Assembly: GCA_044892525.1 (NCBI GenBank)
Contig: CM097885.1
Coordinates: 16,804,001-16,868,000, forward strand
Direction: 5' to 3'
Length of the DNA: 64,000 bases
DNA from: Schmidtea polychroa
Taxonomy: Eukaryota
In this document: piece after piece, positions 24,053 to 36,147 of the stretch
Position numbering within the stretch: the stretch's first letter is position 1
How the letters are laid out: each line of letters begins with the position of its first letter
Notes under the pieces: generated by a model
What the model saw: the letters and a program-made list of their open reading frames with translations, nothing else
Told to the model about the DNA's origin: nothing
Database searches by the model: none
Position numbers and translations under genes: made by a program

Positions 24053-24834
24053 TGCACACAGGTAAATAAAACACTTATAATAAAATTGATAAACGCAAGA
24101 AGTTACAATCACCAACATAATTAAGAGAGAAACAACTCAATGGGAAAATCTGTCAACTGGAAAATCAAAGAATAATAAATAAAAAACATAATTAATAATA
24201 TCAAAAGTTAAGAATGACTATTAGTCGTATTCACATACGTAGGAGCTTTGACAATAAGTGCAGAATTTAAGGAAAAGAATAAGATAAAACGACTAATTAA
24301 AAAATATACAAAAAAAACCATGAAAATCGCTAAAAAATAACGAAATAAGATTATTAAATCATTCTATTGTTTAAAATAATCAACTAAATACAAAAAAGTC
24401 TTTCAAATTAAATGAAACTAAAAATTCATTTATTCAAATTGATTAAATAATCAAAAATTTGCTCTCAATTTTTCAGCGATACATAAATTTTATTTTGATA
24501 CTGGTTTGGTAGTAAGTTATATTCACGTATGATTTAAAAGTCATGTTTTGCTTTGATTTTTGTTTCTTTTGAATGTGCATTCTCTAAACAATATTCCTAT
24601 TAATGATTTAGATTTTAATTAAATTAAATAAATTAACGGCGCCTCAATTTTGATTGGCCCGCTCATCTCACAATTAACTATTTAATCCTTTCTAAGGTTG
24701 CGGCAATATACTGTACACCATTTTAAACTAATAAAAATATCTAAGTGTAACGTTGCTGGTAACATCCATGACAGCTAGTCAACACACTTGGTCGATGATT
24801 AGATAAAAAAAGACTAGATGACTATTAGAACGGG

Positions 24835-25570
24835 AGTAGATGGATTGGGCACCGCTAGCACACCCTCCCCGGCAGAAAATTAAAAAAATTTTTTTCAAGG
24901 TCAAACTTTAAACAAAGACATATGACTCATCAAGGACATTTAAACAAAGACCATGACTCATCCAATGACTCATCAAGGTCATTCTCAAGGTCATGTGACT
25001 CACACTATGACTCACCAAGACAAAAAATTTTCAAGGTCATTTAAACAAAGCCCATGACTCATCAGGGTCACCTGAGTCATCCTATAACTAACCAAGGTCA
25101 TTTTCAAGGCCGCATGGCTTATCCAGGGTCATATGACTCATCGCGATGACTCATCAAGGTCATATTATTATTTTGAAAAAATATTATTATTTTTACTATT
25201 ATTTTTCAAAAATATTATTAAGTGTGCAAGCGGTGCCCTACTATTTGGCATGCAAAAAGTTATCGTTCTCATCAATTTATTTCATCGATCGATAGATTAT
25301 TTTGAAGCTTGGTGCAAGACCTTTCGAATGAGCTATAGTGGTCATCAACATCATTAATATAGGCAAAGTTATTAACATTTTCCGGAGACCATTTTCAAGG
25401 TCATTTCACTATTTTATTATTATTTTTAAAAATAGTATTTTTTCAAGGTCAAATTTTTTCAAGTTCATATTTTAAAATTTAAATTTACAGAGTTCCCGCC
25501 TACGAAAATTATTCCACGATAGCTCATTTTAAAGCCCAATCCAAGACCTTTCAAATGAGCCATATATCTC

Positions 25571-25571
<1 letters not shown>
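24835..25571 (+). repeat. Left TIR of Polinton A; the right TIR survives as pieces ~35578-35846, 50030-50077 and 56303-56671
   Basis: Each piece is the reverse complement of consecutive parts of the left TIR. Confidence 0.92.
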
Positions 25572-25655
<84 letters not shown>

Positions 25656-26222
25656 GTATTAATATATATATATATATATATATACTCCGAGTTTATCCGA
25701 CAAAATATTCTGCCCCCCTATGGGTAATGCTCACAAGGGTACTGCTCACGCTCAACAACTCGCAAGGGTATTATTAAACAAATCAACAAAACATACATTT
25801 ATTTAAACAATTAAATAATTTAAAATTAACAAAGGTAAACTAAATATTGATGTACTAGTATTCGCAGCAATATTGTTTGAAATTGGTAACGTTGAATTGA
25901 TTTTCAGATATTCTATTGATCCTTTGATTGTTTGAATTTCGCTTAATAATAATTCAATATTTTTAACAAATAATCATGCTTCTTATCAAAAATTTTCATA
26001 TTCTTTTTATTTTCGACAATAGAATTATTGAAAATAGAGTTATTATTACTGTTCTCATATTATTATTACTGTTCTTATATTATTATTAATGTGTCATATT
26101 ATTGTTCTCAAATTATTACTATTTATTAATTATATTACTATTTATATTATTACTATTTTTTATTATTACTATTATTTGAAATATAAAAACAAAACAATAG
26201 AAACACAATAAAAAAAAATTTA

Positions 26223-26634
26223 TTAACATCCAAAATCCAAAACTCGGGAGTAATGAAACCTTCTAAGAGTTTTCACTAACTCCCATTCATCATATCGCCG
26301 ATAACGATCGGCACAGCATGAGCATCCGATGATGCACTGATATTCTGATTCCATGTGCTTCATCGCCCTATTGATTTTGAGATGCCATAGAAATTGATGA
26401 AAGACCTCAAATATCCGGATCTGTGTCGGATAAAATAGGAGATCCGGAATGATCTCTGGTTCTCGATCATTCAAAATTTCATTTAATTGTGGATAGAAGA
26501 ATTTTATGCGGTTCATCATAACTTCTGAAGATTTTTCTGAAAATAAAATTATAAAAATGAAAATAATAAATTTAAAATTTACCATAGTCATCGATATCCT
26601 TCATCAAATGTGCTGCGCTTGGAATCTTTTACAT
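26223..26634 (-). pseudogene. Polinton A unknown gene with a probable 46-nt intron (26537-26582)
   Basis: Removing GTAAAT...TTTCAG joins KIPSAAHLMKDIDDY-EKSSEVMMNRIKF in frame; CxxxCxCC near the C-terminus; stop at codon 2, or start at the Met at 26604. Confidence 0.5.
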
Positions 26635-26705
26635 TCTAAAAAATGAATTCTAAACAAAAAAACAGTTTGTTTAAATCAATCAATAACCAATTAGAAATTA
26701 ACCGA

Positions 26706-27142
26706 TTAGAAATCGACCAAAGAAATTATCTCATTTCGAAAATTGTCAACAAATTCTCTATATTCCAAATTTCTCAACCCCAGCATGACAACCTTTCCAC
26801 TAGCAAACACGTTGACATATATAGGGTTATATTTTAATAGTTTTAGTGCAGGAAACAATTCCACTTCAAACATACAATCACATTTTTTCGACATGTTATA
26901 TAAATTGATACTATGTCCCATATCCATAGTAACGGTAATTGATTGGATTTTAATATTATTTATTCGATATTGTAATTTATTAATATCCAAGGTTTCTTAC
27001 ATCCCATGATTCTACATTTACCTGTCTTGAAAAATATTATCGGGTATTTCATGCTTCTATCGATAATTTGCTGGAGTTTTCCTGGTGGGAACCTCCTATT
27101 CAACACATCAAAATTTCCTCGATAATTTATATCTGCTAACAT
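26706..27142 (-). pseudogene. TATA-binding-protein (TBP)-like gene of Polinton A, one frameshift at ~26990
   Basis: Two TBP-type repeats: PIIFFKTGKCRIMGCK and NIKIQSITVTMDMGHSINL...FEVELFPALKLLKYNPIYVNVFASGKVVMLGLR (cf. TBP FKIQNMVGSCDV.FPIRL, YEPELFPGL, LLIFVSGKVVLTGAK). Confidence 0.8.
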
Positions 27143-27243
27143 TATTAAATCATTTATAAAAATTAGTCTTTATATACAAATTGAGCACGAGTTCATTAAA
27201 TCATCGTATATAAACAAATACACATATATTTATAAAATTTGAA

Positions 27244-27870
27244 ATGGAATTAAGAAATGATGCAGTATACCAAATCGTTGGTCCGAGTGGTAGTGGAAAA
27301 ACATTATTTGTTTGCAAATTACTAAAATCAAATTTATTCAAAACCAAATTCAACAGGATTTATTGGCATAGGGGTGCTGATGAAGAACATGGATTAACTC
27401 AATCAAGTTTCTGTAAATTAAAAAACATGAAAATAGTAAAGGGATTCGATAAAAACTGGTCCAGCCGATTAAAGAAAGGTGATGTCATTATTATCGATGA
27501 TTTTTATCAAGAAGCTAATAAAGAAAAAGATTTTAATAATTTATTTACAAAGATTAGCCGACATGTTGGTGTAACAGTTATTTTCATAACACAAAATCTA
27601 TTTCATCAAGGTGGGGCACATCGAACACGTAATTTAAATGTACAATATTTAGTTATTTTCAAGAATCCTAGAGATGCAACAGTGATTGATTTTCTTACAC
27701 GTCAAGCATACACTAACAATCGTAATTTTCTTATCAGTGCATTTCAAGATGAATCAAAAATACCTCATGGATATATATTTCTTGATTTCACATAACAATG
27801 TCCCGAATATTTACGAGTAAAAACAGATATTTTCAACCCAAAATGTGCCATGGTTTATAAACAAAGTTGA
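27244..27870 (+). pseudogene. Polinton A packaging ATPase (A32/FtsK-like); premature stop at 27793
   Basis: Walker A GPSGSGKT, Walker B VIIIDD, SRH...IFITQN, FKNPRD; the frame continues QCPEYLRVKTDIF after the stop. Confidence 0.92.
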
Positions 27871-27888
27871 AAACCTCTATGAATAATA

Positions 27889-28422
27889 ATGTTTCTAAAA
27901 GCAAGTGTGAAAAATATTAGGAAATTAAGAAAAAGTATTAGAGAGAGTATTAAAGTTCCAAAAGTTCCACCAACAACTAGCTATACACCATCTAAAAAAC
28001 TTGTAACTGAAAATTTCTCTGCAATGAATCTTATTTCGAAAAATCCTAAACCTAAACGTAAAACCCGTAAAACCCGTAAAACCGGTAAAAAAGTAGTTAA
28101 AAATCATCGCAGTTTTCCATTTTTTAATGCATTGTTAAAGGCCCCGAGTATGAAAAGAATGAATATATTGCAATCATTCCCAAATTTTGTTGTCGATGAT
28201 TTACTCAATATTACACTTAAAGTAGTCAAAGGCAAAATTAAAATCAGTAAATCAAAAAAGCATTTATTGAGCAAACATAGGAAACCTTTGTTATCATTAG
28301 TAAATAATAAAAATCGTAAGCAAATGAGGGAAATTATATATAAACAACAAGGTGGATTTATTGGTGCATTGATACCTCTTGCATTATCATTATTAGGTGG
28401 AGTTGTAGGAAATCAATCATAA
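27889..28422 (+). CDS. Basic core-like protein with an adenovirus pX-like C-terminus
   Basis: Very K/R-rich; ends QQGGFIGALIPLALSLLGG, resembling the adenoviral pX GG(F/I)LP.LIP hydrophobic tail. Confidence 0.7.
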   Translation: MFLKASVKNIRKLRKSIRESIKVPKVPPTTSYTPSKKLVTENFSAMNLISKNPKPKRKTRKTRKTGKKVVKNHRSFPFFNALLKAPSMKRMNILQSFPNFVVDDLLNITLKVVKGKIKISKSKKHLLSKHRKPLLSLVNNKNRKQMREIIYKQQGGFIGALIPLALSLLGGVVGNQS

Positions 28423-28425
28423 ACA

Positions 28426-28614
28426 ATGGGTGCTAATCCTTCATTGCCCGACATTAAATTTAATTTTAAATCTTCTTGTTGTAATGGAGAAGATTTGGAC
28501 GAACCCAGAAGACGAAGCCGGTTTCGGTGGAGTGGAAAAATTAAAGAAAAGAGTTCCGAATTCGAAAATAAGAAACCCAGAAGTGGTTATCAGATCAGCT
28601 TGCGTACAGTTTGA
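28426..28614 (+). CDS. Small putatively acylated protein overlapping the integrase start
   Basis: MGANPS (MGxxxS myristoylation consensus) plus SSCC; starts just after the previous stop. Confidence 0.45.
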   Translation: MGANPSLPDIKFNFKSSCCNGEDLDEPRRRSRFRWSGKIKEKSSEFENKKPRSGYQISLRTV

Positions 28615-28871
28615 ACAAACCAATGCGGAAAAGATTTCCAACAAGAGCATATAAAACATTTGGTATTGACGATTTATGGCAAATGGATTTGATGGAGATG
28701 ATACCGTATTCGAAAATTAACAATGAGAATAAATATATTTTAACATGTATTAATGTATTCAGCAGGTTTGCAAGAGCAATACCAGTCAAGGCAAAATCTG
28801 CAGATGAAATGTCCAAGGCAATTAATATTTTATTTACAGATGGACATCCTAATAACTTGAAACAGATTTAG

Positions 28872-28957
<86 letters not shown>

Positions 28958-29590
28958 TTAGGTAAAGAATTCTACAATAGCAAAGTTAAGCAAATCTTCA
29001 ATAAACTGAAAATAAATCACTACTCGGTACATTCTCAATACAAAGCTGCCCATGTTGAAAGATTTAATCGAACATTGAGAGATAGATTAAAGAAATGGTT
29101 CGTGCATCAAAGTAATAAAAAATGGGTAAATGTTTTACAGAAAATAAAAACAAGTTATAATCATTCATCACATCGAGGACTGAATGGATTGAGACCGGTT
29201 GATATTACATCACAAACATCATTGTCTTCTAAAAAATCTGTAAAAATTGCAAAACCTAAATATAAAGTCGGTGACCATGTTAGAATTAGTAAAATTAGTG
29301 CATCACCATTTATTAAAAATTTTGATACAAATTGGAGTGATGAAGTCTTTGTAATTTCAAAAATAAATAATAAACAGAATCCTGTAATATATGTCATCAA
29401 AGATAATGATAATAATATTGTACAAGGGAAATTTTATGAGCAGGAATTACAAGTCATTCCTCCCCCAAAAGTATTTAGAATTCAAAAAATATTGAAAACT
29501 AAAAAGGTCGGCAAGGATAAACAATACTATGTCAAATGGCATGGTTATCAAAACCCGTCATGGATATCAGCAAAAGACCTAGTAAAGCGA
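28484..29590 (+). pseudogene. Polinton A rve integrase with C-terminal chromodomain; frameshifts; 90-nt intron-like insert 28872-28961
   Basis: AGFGGVEKL, DDLWQMDL, TDLG|KEFYN, KAAHVERFNRTL, YKVGDHVRI, GKFYEQELQ, IQKILK...YYVKWHGY..PSWI. Confidence 0.93.
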
Positions 29591-30578
29591 ATTTTTATAC
29601 TATTTTACCGAGCAATAGTTGCCCATTAATTCATCCAGACAATCAAGCAAGCAAATTCATCATCGAACTCCAAAACTCCATCTATTTGGATAATGACTGG
29701 GAAGTTGCACTGTTGGATTTTACATTTGTATACAATTTATTCCCAATCTATAGCAAATCAGTTATTGAATGTAATAAGAAAGTAGCAGTAACGGAATAGG
29801 TTAAAACTTAACGAGTTCATCGAAATCAAGGAAACCCATAATTTATGATGATGGTCAATATTTATACGTGAATTGCTTGAATAAGCCATTCGAAATTTTA
29901 TTTTCTACAATGGTTGATGCTAAACGTTTTGGATTTACTGATTTACGTAATGTATTTCATGATACAGTCAAAATAAATCTCGCTACACTTCCAAAAACTA
30001 ATAATTTAGTGGAATTCAAATTTAAGCTATCATACTTTGAAATAACAGAGCATGCATATACTTTTAAAGATAATTTATATATTACAGAACTCGAACAATT
30101 ACAAACTTATTTAGCTGACAATTGTAGCGAGATTTTAACAGTTTTCGAGCTTCAAAAAGATAAAGTATTTAGATTTAGTATAAATTCTAATCTTAGTCAA
30201 GTTAAATTTGACTCAAATTTGACAAAAATATTAGGATTGTCTAAACCGATAAGTACACAAAATGAACAAATTTGTGAAGGAACAAACAAACCGAAAATCC
30301 TTAAACATCATCAGCAAATGTTCATTTACAGTAATATTGTGGAACCAGTTATTGTTGGCGATTCTAGTGTTCCTTTAATGAAATCTATATGGATTGAAAA
30401 ACATGATCATGATGAAGTTGTACAAATCAATGTAGAAAATCCCATGTATTTACCTGTTTCAACATCTTGTATAAACAATATAGAAATAAATATAAGAGAT
30501 GATTCTGGTCAATTAATCGAATTTCCAAAAGGTTCAAAATCTCATTTGACATTACATTTTCGTAAAATAAATGGCTAA
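29587..30578 (+). pseudogene. Polinton A minor capsid (penton-like) protein, disrupted
   Basis: N-terminal FYTILPSNS...PDNQASKF.I.L...I.L...WEVAL; C-terminal MFIYSNIVEPVIVGDS.VPLM...PMYLPV...IEINIRDDSGQLIEF...LTLHFR. Confidence 0.85.
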
Positions 30579-30843
30579 TTCTGGTATTATGAGTATGTAT
30601 AATGGTAGCCAATCTGGTGGTAAATTACCATATTTTATTGGTAAATAGTACGGATCAGGATGGTTGAGAACAATTGATAGATTTGCCCTGCCTCTTCTTA
30701 AACGTATTGGCAGTTTTGGTATGAAAACTGCAAAAGATGTTATTATGAATGAACAGAAAATATTACCATCTCTAAAATCAAATGCTTTAGCTGAATTAGG
30801 GAAAGTTGTAAAAATATTATGTTATTATGACGAAATTATGTAA
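30571..30843 (+). pseudogene. Polinton A small Gly-rich/amphipathic virion protein, truncated
   Basis: QSGGKLPYFIGK*YGSGWLRTIDRFALPLLKRIG resembles the conserved small ORF that follows the penton in many Polintons. Confidence 0.6.
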
Positions 30844-30919
30844 ATGTTTAAAAAGTGATTAAGAAACTACAGCTTTAAAATATTCCATGTAGTTTGCAAT
30901 GAACATCTACATTAGTTAA

Positions 30920-31013
<94 letters not shown>

Positions 31014-31266
31014 CTTTGTCCTATTTAATGTATTCTCTCTTAAATATTGAATTATAACCTAATTTCTACAAGTATTTATCATCATTTGTTATTATTAATG
31101 ATAACAAATGATGATAAAGACCTATGCAATATAGATGCAACATGTTTGCATTATACAAAACTTTATAATTTATATACAAATACTTTAATAATATTATTTA
31201 TCAGGTCGACTTTATCCCAATTATTGTCAATCGGCAATTGGGCATAGTGACGAATGTCATTGTGAC

Positions 31267-34200
31267 ATGAAGAAATATTATAGAAAAATCTTTAACGGCA
31301 TCAACTTTTTTATATGCCCCAAATGCATAATTAGCGAAAAAATAAAATATAATGCATTTTTTAATAAACACCGTAATCACTTAGGGCAATTTTCGAGACC
31401 AAAAAATGAACTATTTCGAAAAATAAATAAAAAAATAAATAAAAATTTACAAAAAAATATAAAAAGATTCTATTAAAAATATTATTAAAAAAGATTCTAT
31501 TAAAAAAGATATTATTATTAAAAAAGATGTTAAAATCACAAAAAGACCTGATGATTTAATTAAAAATATTGTTCCGAATAAATTATCGCGACCAGAAGTG
31601 ATAGTCATCAGCAAAGATGAATGTGTAGCTTCAACATCGTTAAAACCGCAATAATTTACACGACATTCATGTACACAACAAGAAGTGATAGTCATCAGTG
31701 ATAATGAACGTGTAGCTTCAACTTCTTCCAACATAAATCAAATAGTTGGCTGTTTATTCGAACCTATCATGGAATCCGATTTGAATGGAACACGAAAAAC
31801 CATAAAATTTGATATAAGAAATGAAAATTTAATTTATATAGGCTTAACCTCTAAAATAGAGCAAAAACTACGAACTGAAATCGAAAAGATGGGTAAGGTA
31901 AAAATACAGTTCGCAATTTTAATAAAATTTGAAAAAGATGGGAAGATCCGGGATAATTATTTTTCGAACAACGCACAAGTTTTTACCGATAATTTTATAA
32001 ATGAGGGGGTGAGCAAATTAAATGAAAAAATTGAACAATTCACTTTGTTTAGGAAGCGGGTGGCGTGTAATTAATATATTTGAAATCGATTTTATTTTAA
32101 CAAAATTCGCACCCGTTAGTAGATTATCCGGACATAGTTATATAAAAACCCCATCAGCATTAAAATTAAAACACGCAATAATTAACGTAAAAAACAACAA
32201 CCATAAGTGCTGCTTATATAGCATTCTAGCACTTTTAAAAAGAGAAGAAATAGGTCGTAATCATCAAAGAGCCGCCAAATATTACGAATTTTTAAATCTA
32301 TTAAATTATGATGAAGACACAGATTGTCAATGAGACTGTGTAACATTCCCAAATTTGAGAGGAAAAATCCTGACTTAAACTTGTCCATAAACGTTCTGTC
32401 TTATAATCCAGCCAGTTCTGATTCTGATATTTCTGAGGATTATGTAGCTCACCGCCCTCATCTTAATATTATTCATCGTTCTAAGGTTATCGATGGTAGG
32501 CCGATTTATTTATTACTTTTGAGTAATAAAGATAAATATCACTATACGGCCGTTACAGACTTGGACAAGTTAATGAATTGTCATTTAAATGAAAATGTAA
32601 ATGTTCAAATAAGGTGTAACTGGTGCCCACATTGTCTTAATGGGTTTAGATATAAGAATGCTTTTGATCAGCATGTTGCTCTATGCTGTAAGAATCAGAC
32701 TGGCACAACACTCTACACACTTCCTAAAAATAAAGATTTATTATTTACAGATTACGCAAAAACCGTTATACCTCCCTTCGTAATTTATGCCGATTTTGAA
32801 TCGGTTTTACCTCAACATGAAACACATCATCAAATACATTTACCTATCTCAGCAGGTCTTTTACTTATAAATAATTATACTAATACTAAATTTTATTTTT
32901 TTGGACCGAATTGTGTTTTGGATTTTTTAAGGAAAGTGGAGGAAATTGCTGTCACAATTTTCCTGCCATATTATGAACTCGAAAGTCATAAAGGCATGTC
33001 TACTTTGTCTTTTGCTCAGGAGCGTGCCTTTCGATCTAGTACTATTTGTTATTTATGTAAGAAAGATATTATTAGTCCTGTAAGAAATCATTGCCATTTT
33101 ACTGGCAGATATGTCGGAGCGGCATGTAGGAGATGCAATGTCTCTCGCAGGATTAATAAGTTATTTCCCGTTGTATTTCATAATTTAAGAGGCTATGATT
33201 TACATCATATTTTAAAACATGGCTTCAGTGATTTTCCCCTTTGGGAATTAAATATTATACCTACCTCTACAGAGAAATTTATTTCTTTAATTGCTTATAT
33301 TAACAAATTGCCTGTTCGTTTTATTGACAGCATGCAATTTGTTAATTGTTCTTTAGCTAAAGCTGTGAAAACTCTTACTACTTTTCCTTTAACTTCGTCT
33401 GTCTTTCAAGGGTCAATGATTCATTCTAAAGGTGTCTTTCCGTACGATTTTGCTACTTCTTTGGATGTTCTTGAATCGACTTTGGAATTACCTCCTATTT
33501 GGTCTGATATTACGGAAGATCAGTACACTGAGGCTCTACTAATTTGGAGTCAGCATAACTTTAATAATTTGTTAGATTATATGCTAATCTACCTAAAATT
33601 AGACATATACCTCCTCGCAGACTATTTTCAGCAATTCCGCGGTAAGGCAATTGCTTACAATGGTCTGGATCCACTTAATTTTTATGGGATTCCCGGTATG
33701 TCATGGGCCTCAGCGCTTATGACATTAACGGAACCTATAGAACTTTTGCAGGACATGGAAATGTACAATTTCTATGAGGGAGGTATCCGGGGTGGGTTAA
33801 CATTTGTTAACAAACATTACACGGCTACTTCAGATGACACAGATTTATTGTACATAGATATAAATAATCTGTATGGTTGGGCTCTTAGCCAAAATCTTCC
33901 GTATGGTTATTTTTCTTGGGTGAATGATAATTTGAATGATGTTTTGCTTGAATGTATGAACACGGATATTGATAACCTTCCATATGGGTACACTATGGAG
34001 GTTGATATCGATATTCCGGAATGTGTGCATGATTTTTTGAATGATTTTCCGCTTGCGCCGGAAAAGTTGTGCCCACCTAATTCAAAGGTTGAGAAGCTTA
34101 TGCTTACGCATTGGCCAAAGAGGAACTATGTTCTTCATTGGAGGCTTCTCAAATTGTATATAGAATTAGGTAAATATTCATAGATGTATAAAATTTAAAC

Positions 34201-35133
34201 AAGGACCTATATTTAAATCGTATATAGACACTAATACGACTTTAAGATCACAGTCTACTAGTGAAATATATAGGGACTTGTTTAAATTATATAATAATAG
34301 CCTGTACGGTAAATCCGTTGAGAATCTCAAAAAACCTATGAATTTGAGGTTGTGTAATTCATCCAAAAAGATGATAATATACTCCTCAAAGCCGACTTTC
34401 AGAAAGTCTATAAGAATCGATGGCGATCTGATAGCCGCACATTTGGAGGACTCAATTTGTTTAGATAGACCTAGCTACATTGGTCAAACAGTACTAGATC
34501 TATCTAAACTGCGGATGTACTAGCTCCAATATATTGATTTGGAGAAGTCAATTCAATTGCATAATAAATATTATAGCCGGTGATACCGATAGTTTCTTTC
34601 TTGAGAATAAAAATTAAAAATTATCAACTTTATTAACTCAGATGATCTCAGATAATTTATTGGATACATCTAATTATGATCCAACACACCCCTTGTATAA
34701 TAGGAACCTTGACTCTGTCATCGGGAAGTTTAAAGATGAGAGCAAGGGATTAGGTTACTCTGAATGGGTTTTCTTACGCCCTAAATGTTATAGTCTTTTA
34801 GGTAGTAAGGAAACAGTGAAAGCAAAGGGGGTAAATTACCTGGGACATCAATAAATCATGAATCTTATTTAAATTGCTTTAATAATAATCAGGTGATTTC
34901 TGTACCACAGACTAGAATAGGTACTAGAAATCACCAACTTTTCACATTTAAAAACTCGAAAAATTGCCCTAAGTAATAACGATGATAAGCGCGCATGGCT
35001 AGGAAAAAACAAAAGTTATGCATTTGGGTTTTATTTAGGAGTTGATGACCTTAGCGAGTATGATGATGAGGAATTCGGTCCAGCTCCAAGTCTCAGTTTC
35101 GATGATAGTTCGTGGGACGAAGATGAAATGTGA
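31267..35133 (+). pseudogene. Polinton A protein-primed DNA polymerase B with an endonuclease-VII-like Zn insert; multiple frameshifts and stops
   Basis: IYADFES, CYLC...NHCHFTGRYVGAACRRCN, FHNLRGYD, FIDS, KGVFPY, YIDINNLYG, KLYNNSLYGK, GDTDS, GKFKDE, LRPKCYS, DDKR. Confidence 0.95.
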
Positions 35134-35364
35134 AATGAACAATTTGTATAAAAACTTATATTTTGAATTATAAAAAAATTTGTATATATATTTAATTTAT
35201 AAAAAGTTGTATATATTGAATTTATAAGAAGTTGTAAATATATTGAATAAAAATTTCTAAAAATTTCTAAAAATATTGCTTTCTATTTTTTTTATATAGT
35301 TTAAAGTTTTTTAGTTTAATAGTGTTTTTATATAGTCTGCAGTATATATCTGATAGAACTTTTA

Positions 35365-35413
<49 letters not shown>

Positions 35414-35458
35414 TAAAAATATTAATAATAATATCAATAATAATATTAATGAAACTTT

Positions 35459-35491
<33 letters not shown>

Positions 35492-36147
35492 GTAATAATA
35501 ATAATATAATAATAATATTAATAATAATAATATCAATAATAATATTATTGAAACTTTGTAATAATAATAATAATGATGAGATAATTGGCTCATTCGAAAG
35601 GTCTTGGATTGGGCTTTAAAATGAGCTATCGTTGAATAATTTTCGTTGGCGGAAACTCTGTAAATTGAAATTTTAAAATATGACCTTGAAAAAAAATTTG
35701 ACCTTAAAAAAATTTGTCCTTGAAAAAAATGACCTTGAAAAAATTATATTTTTAAAAATAATAATAAAATAGTCAAATGACCTTTAAAATGGTCTCGCGA
35801 AAATGTTAATAACTTTGCCAATATTAATGATGGTGATGATCACTATAGTAGTGGATGTATGGCCTTCGCGGACCCAACCCACCCTAGCCCCCAATGTCAA
35901 ACCCCTTCACATTCAGCCTAAAAAACTAAACTTTTTCATCTTTTAACCCCCTATTTCTACATCTTTTAGTCATAAAACCCTCAAATACACCAATCCAAAA
36001 CCTCACAGATCCAAGCGATCGAAGGGGGAAACATGAAATGGGTCAGCCTCCGTGAAGGCCATACATCCACTACTATAAAAACATAAAAATTTTAAATACT
36101 AGCAAATTGCGCAGTTTGCATACCCAATAAAAAATTTTTTTAAAAAA

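Noticed and set aside
34170..34183. Possible intron in pPolB A (GTAAATATTCATAG)
   Set aside because: Too short; the other frame reads NIHRCIKFKQ, so this is a deletion frameshift
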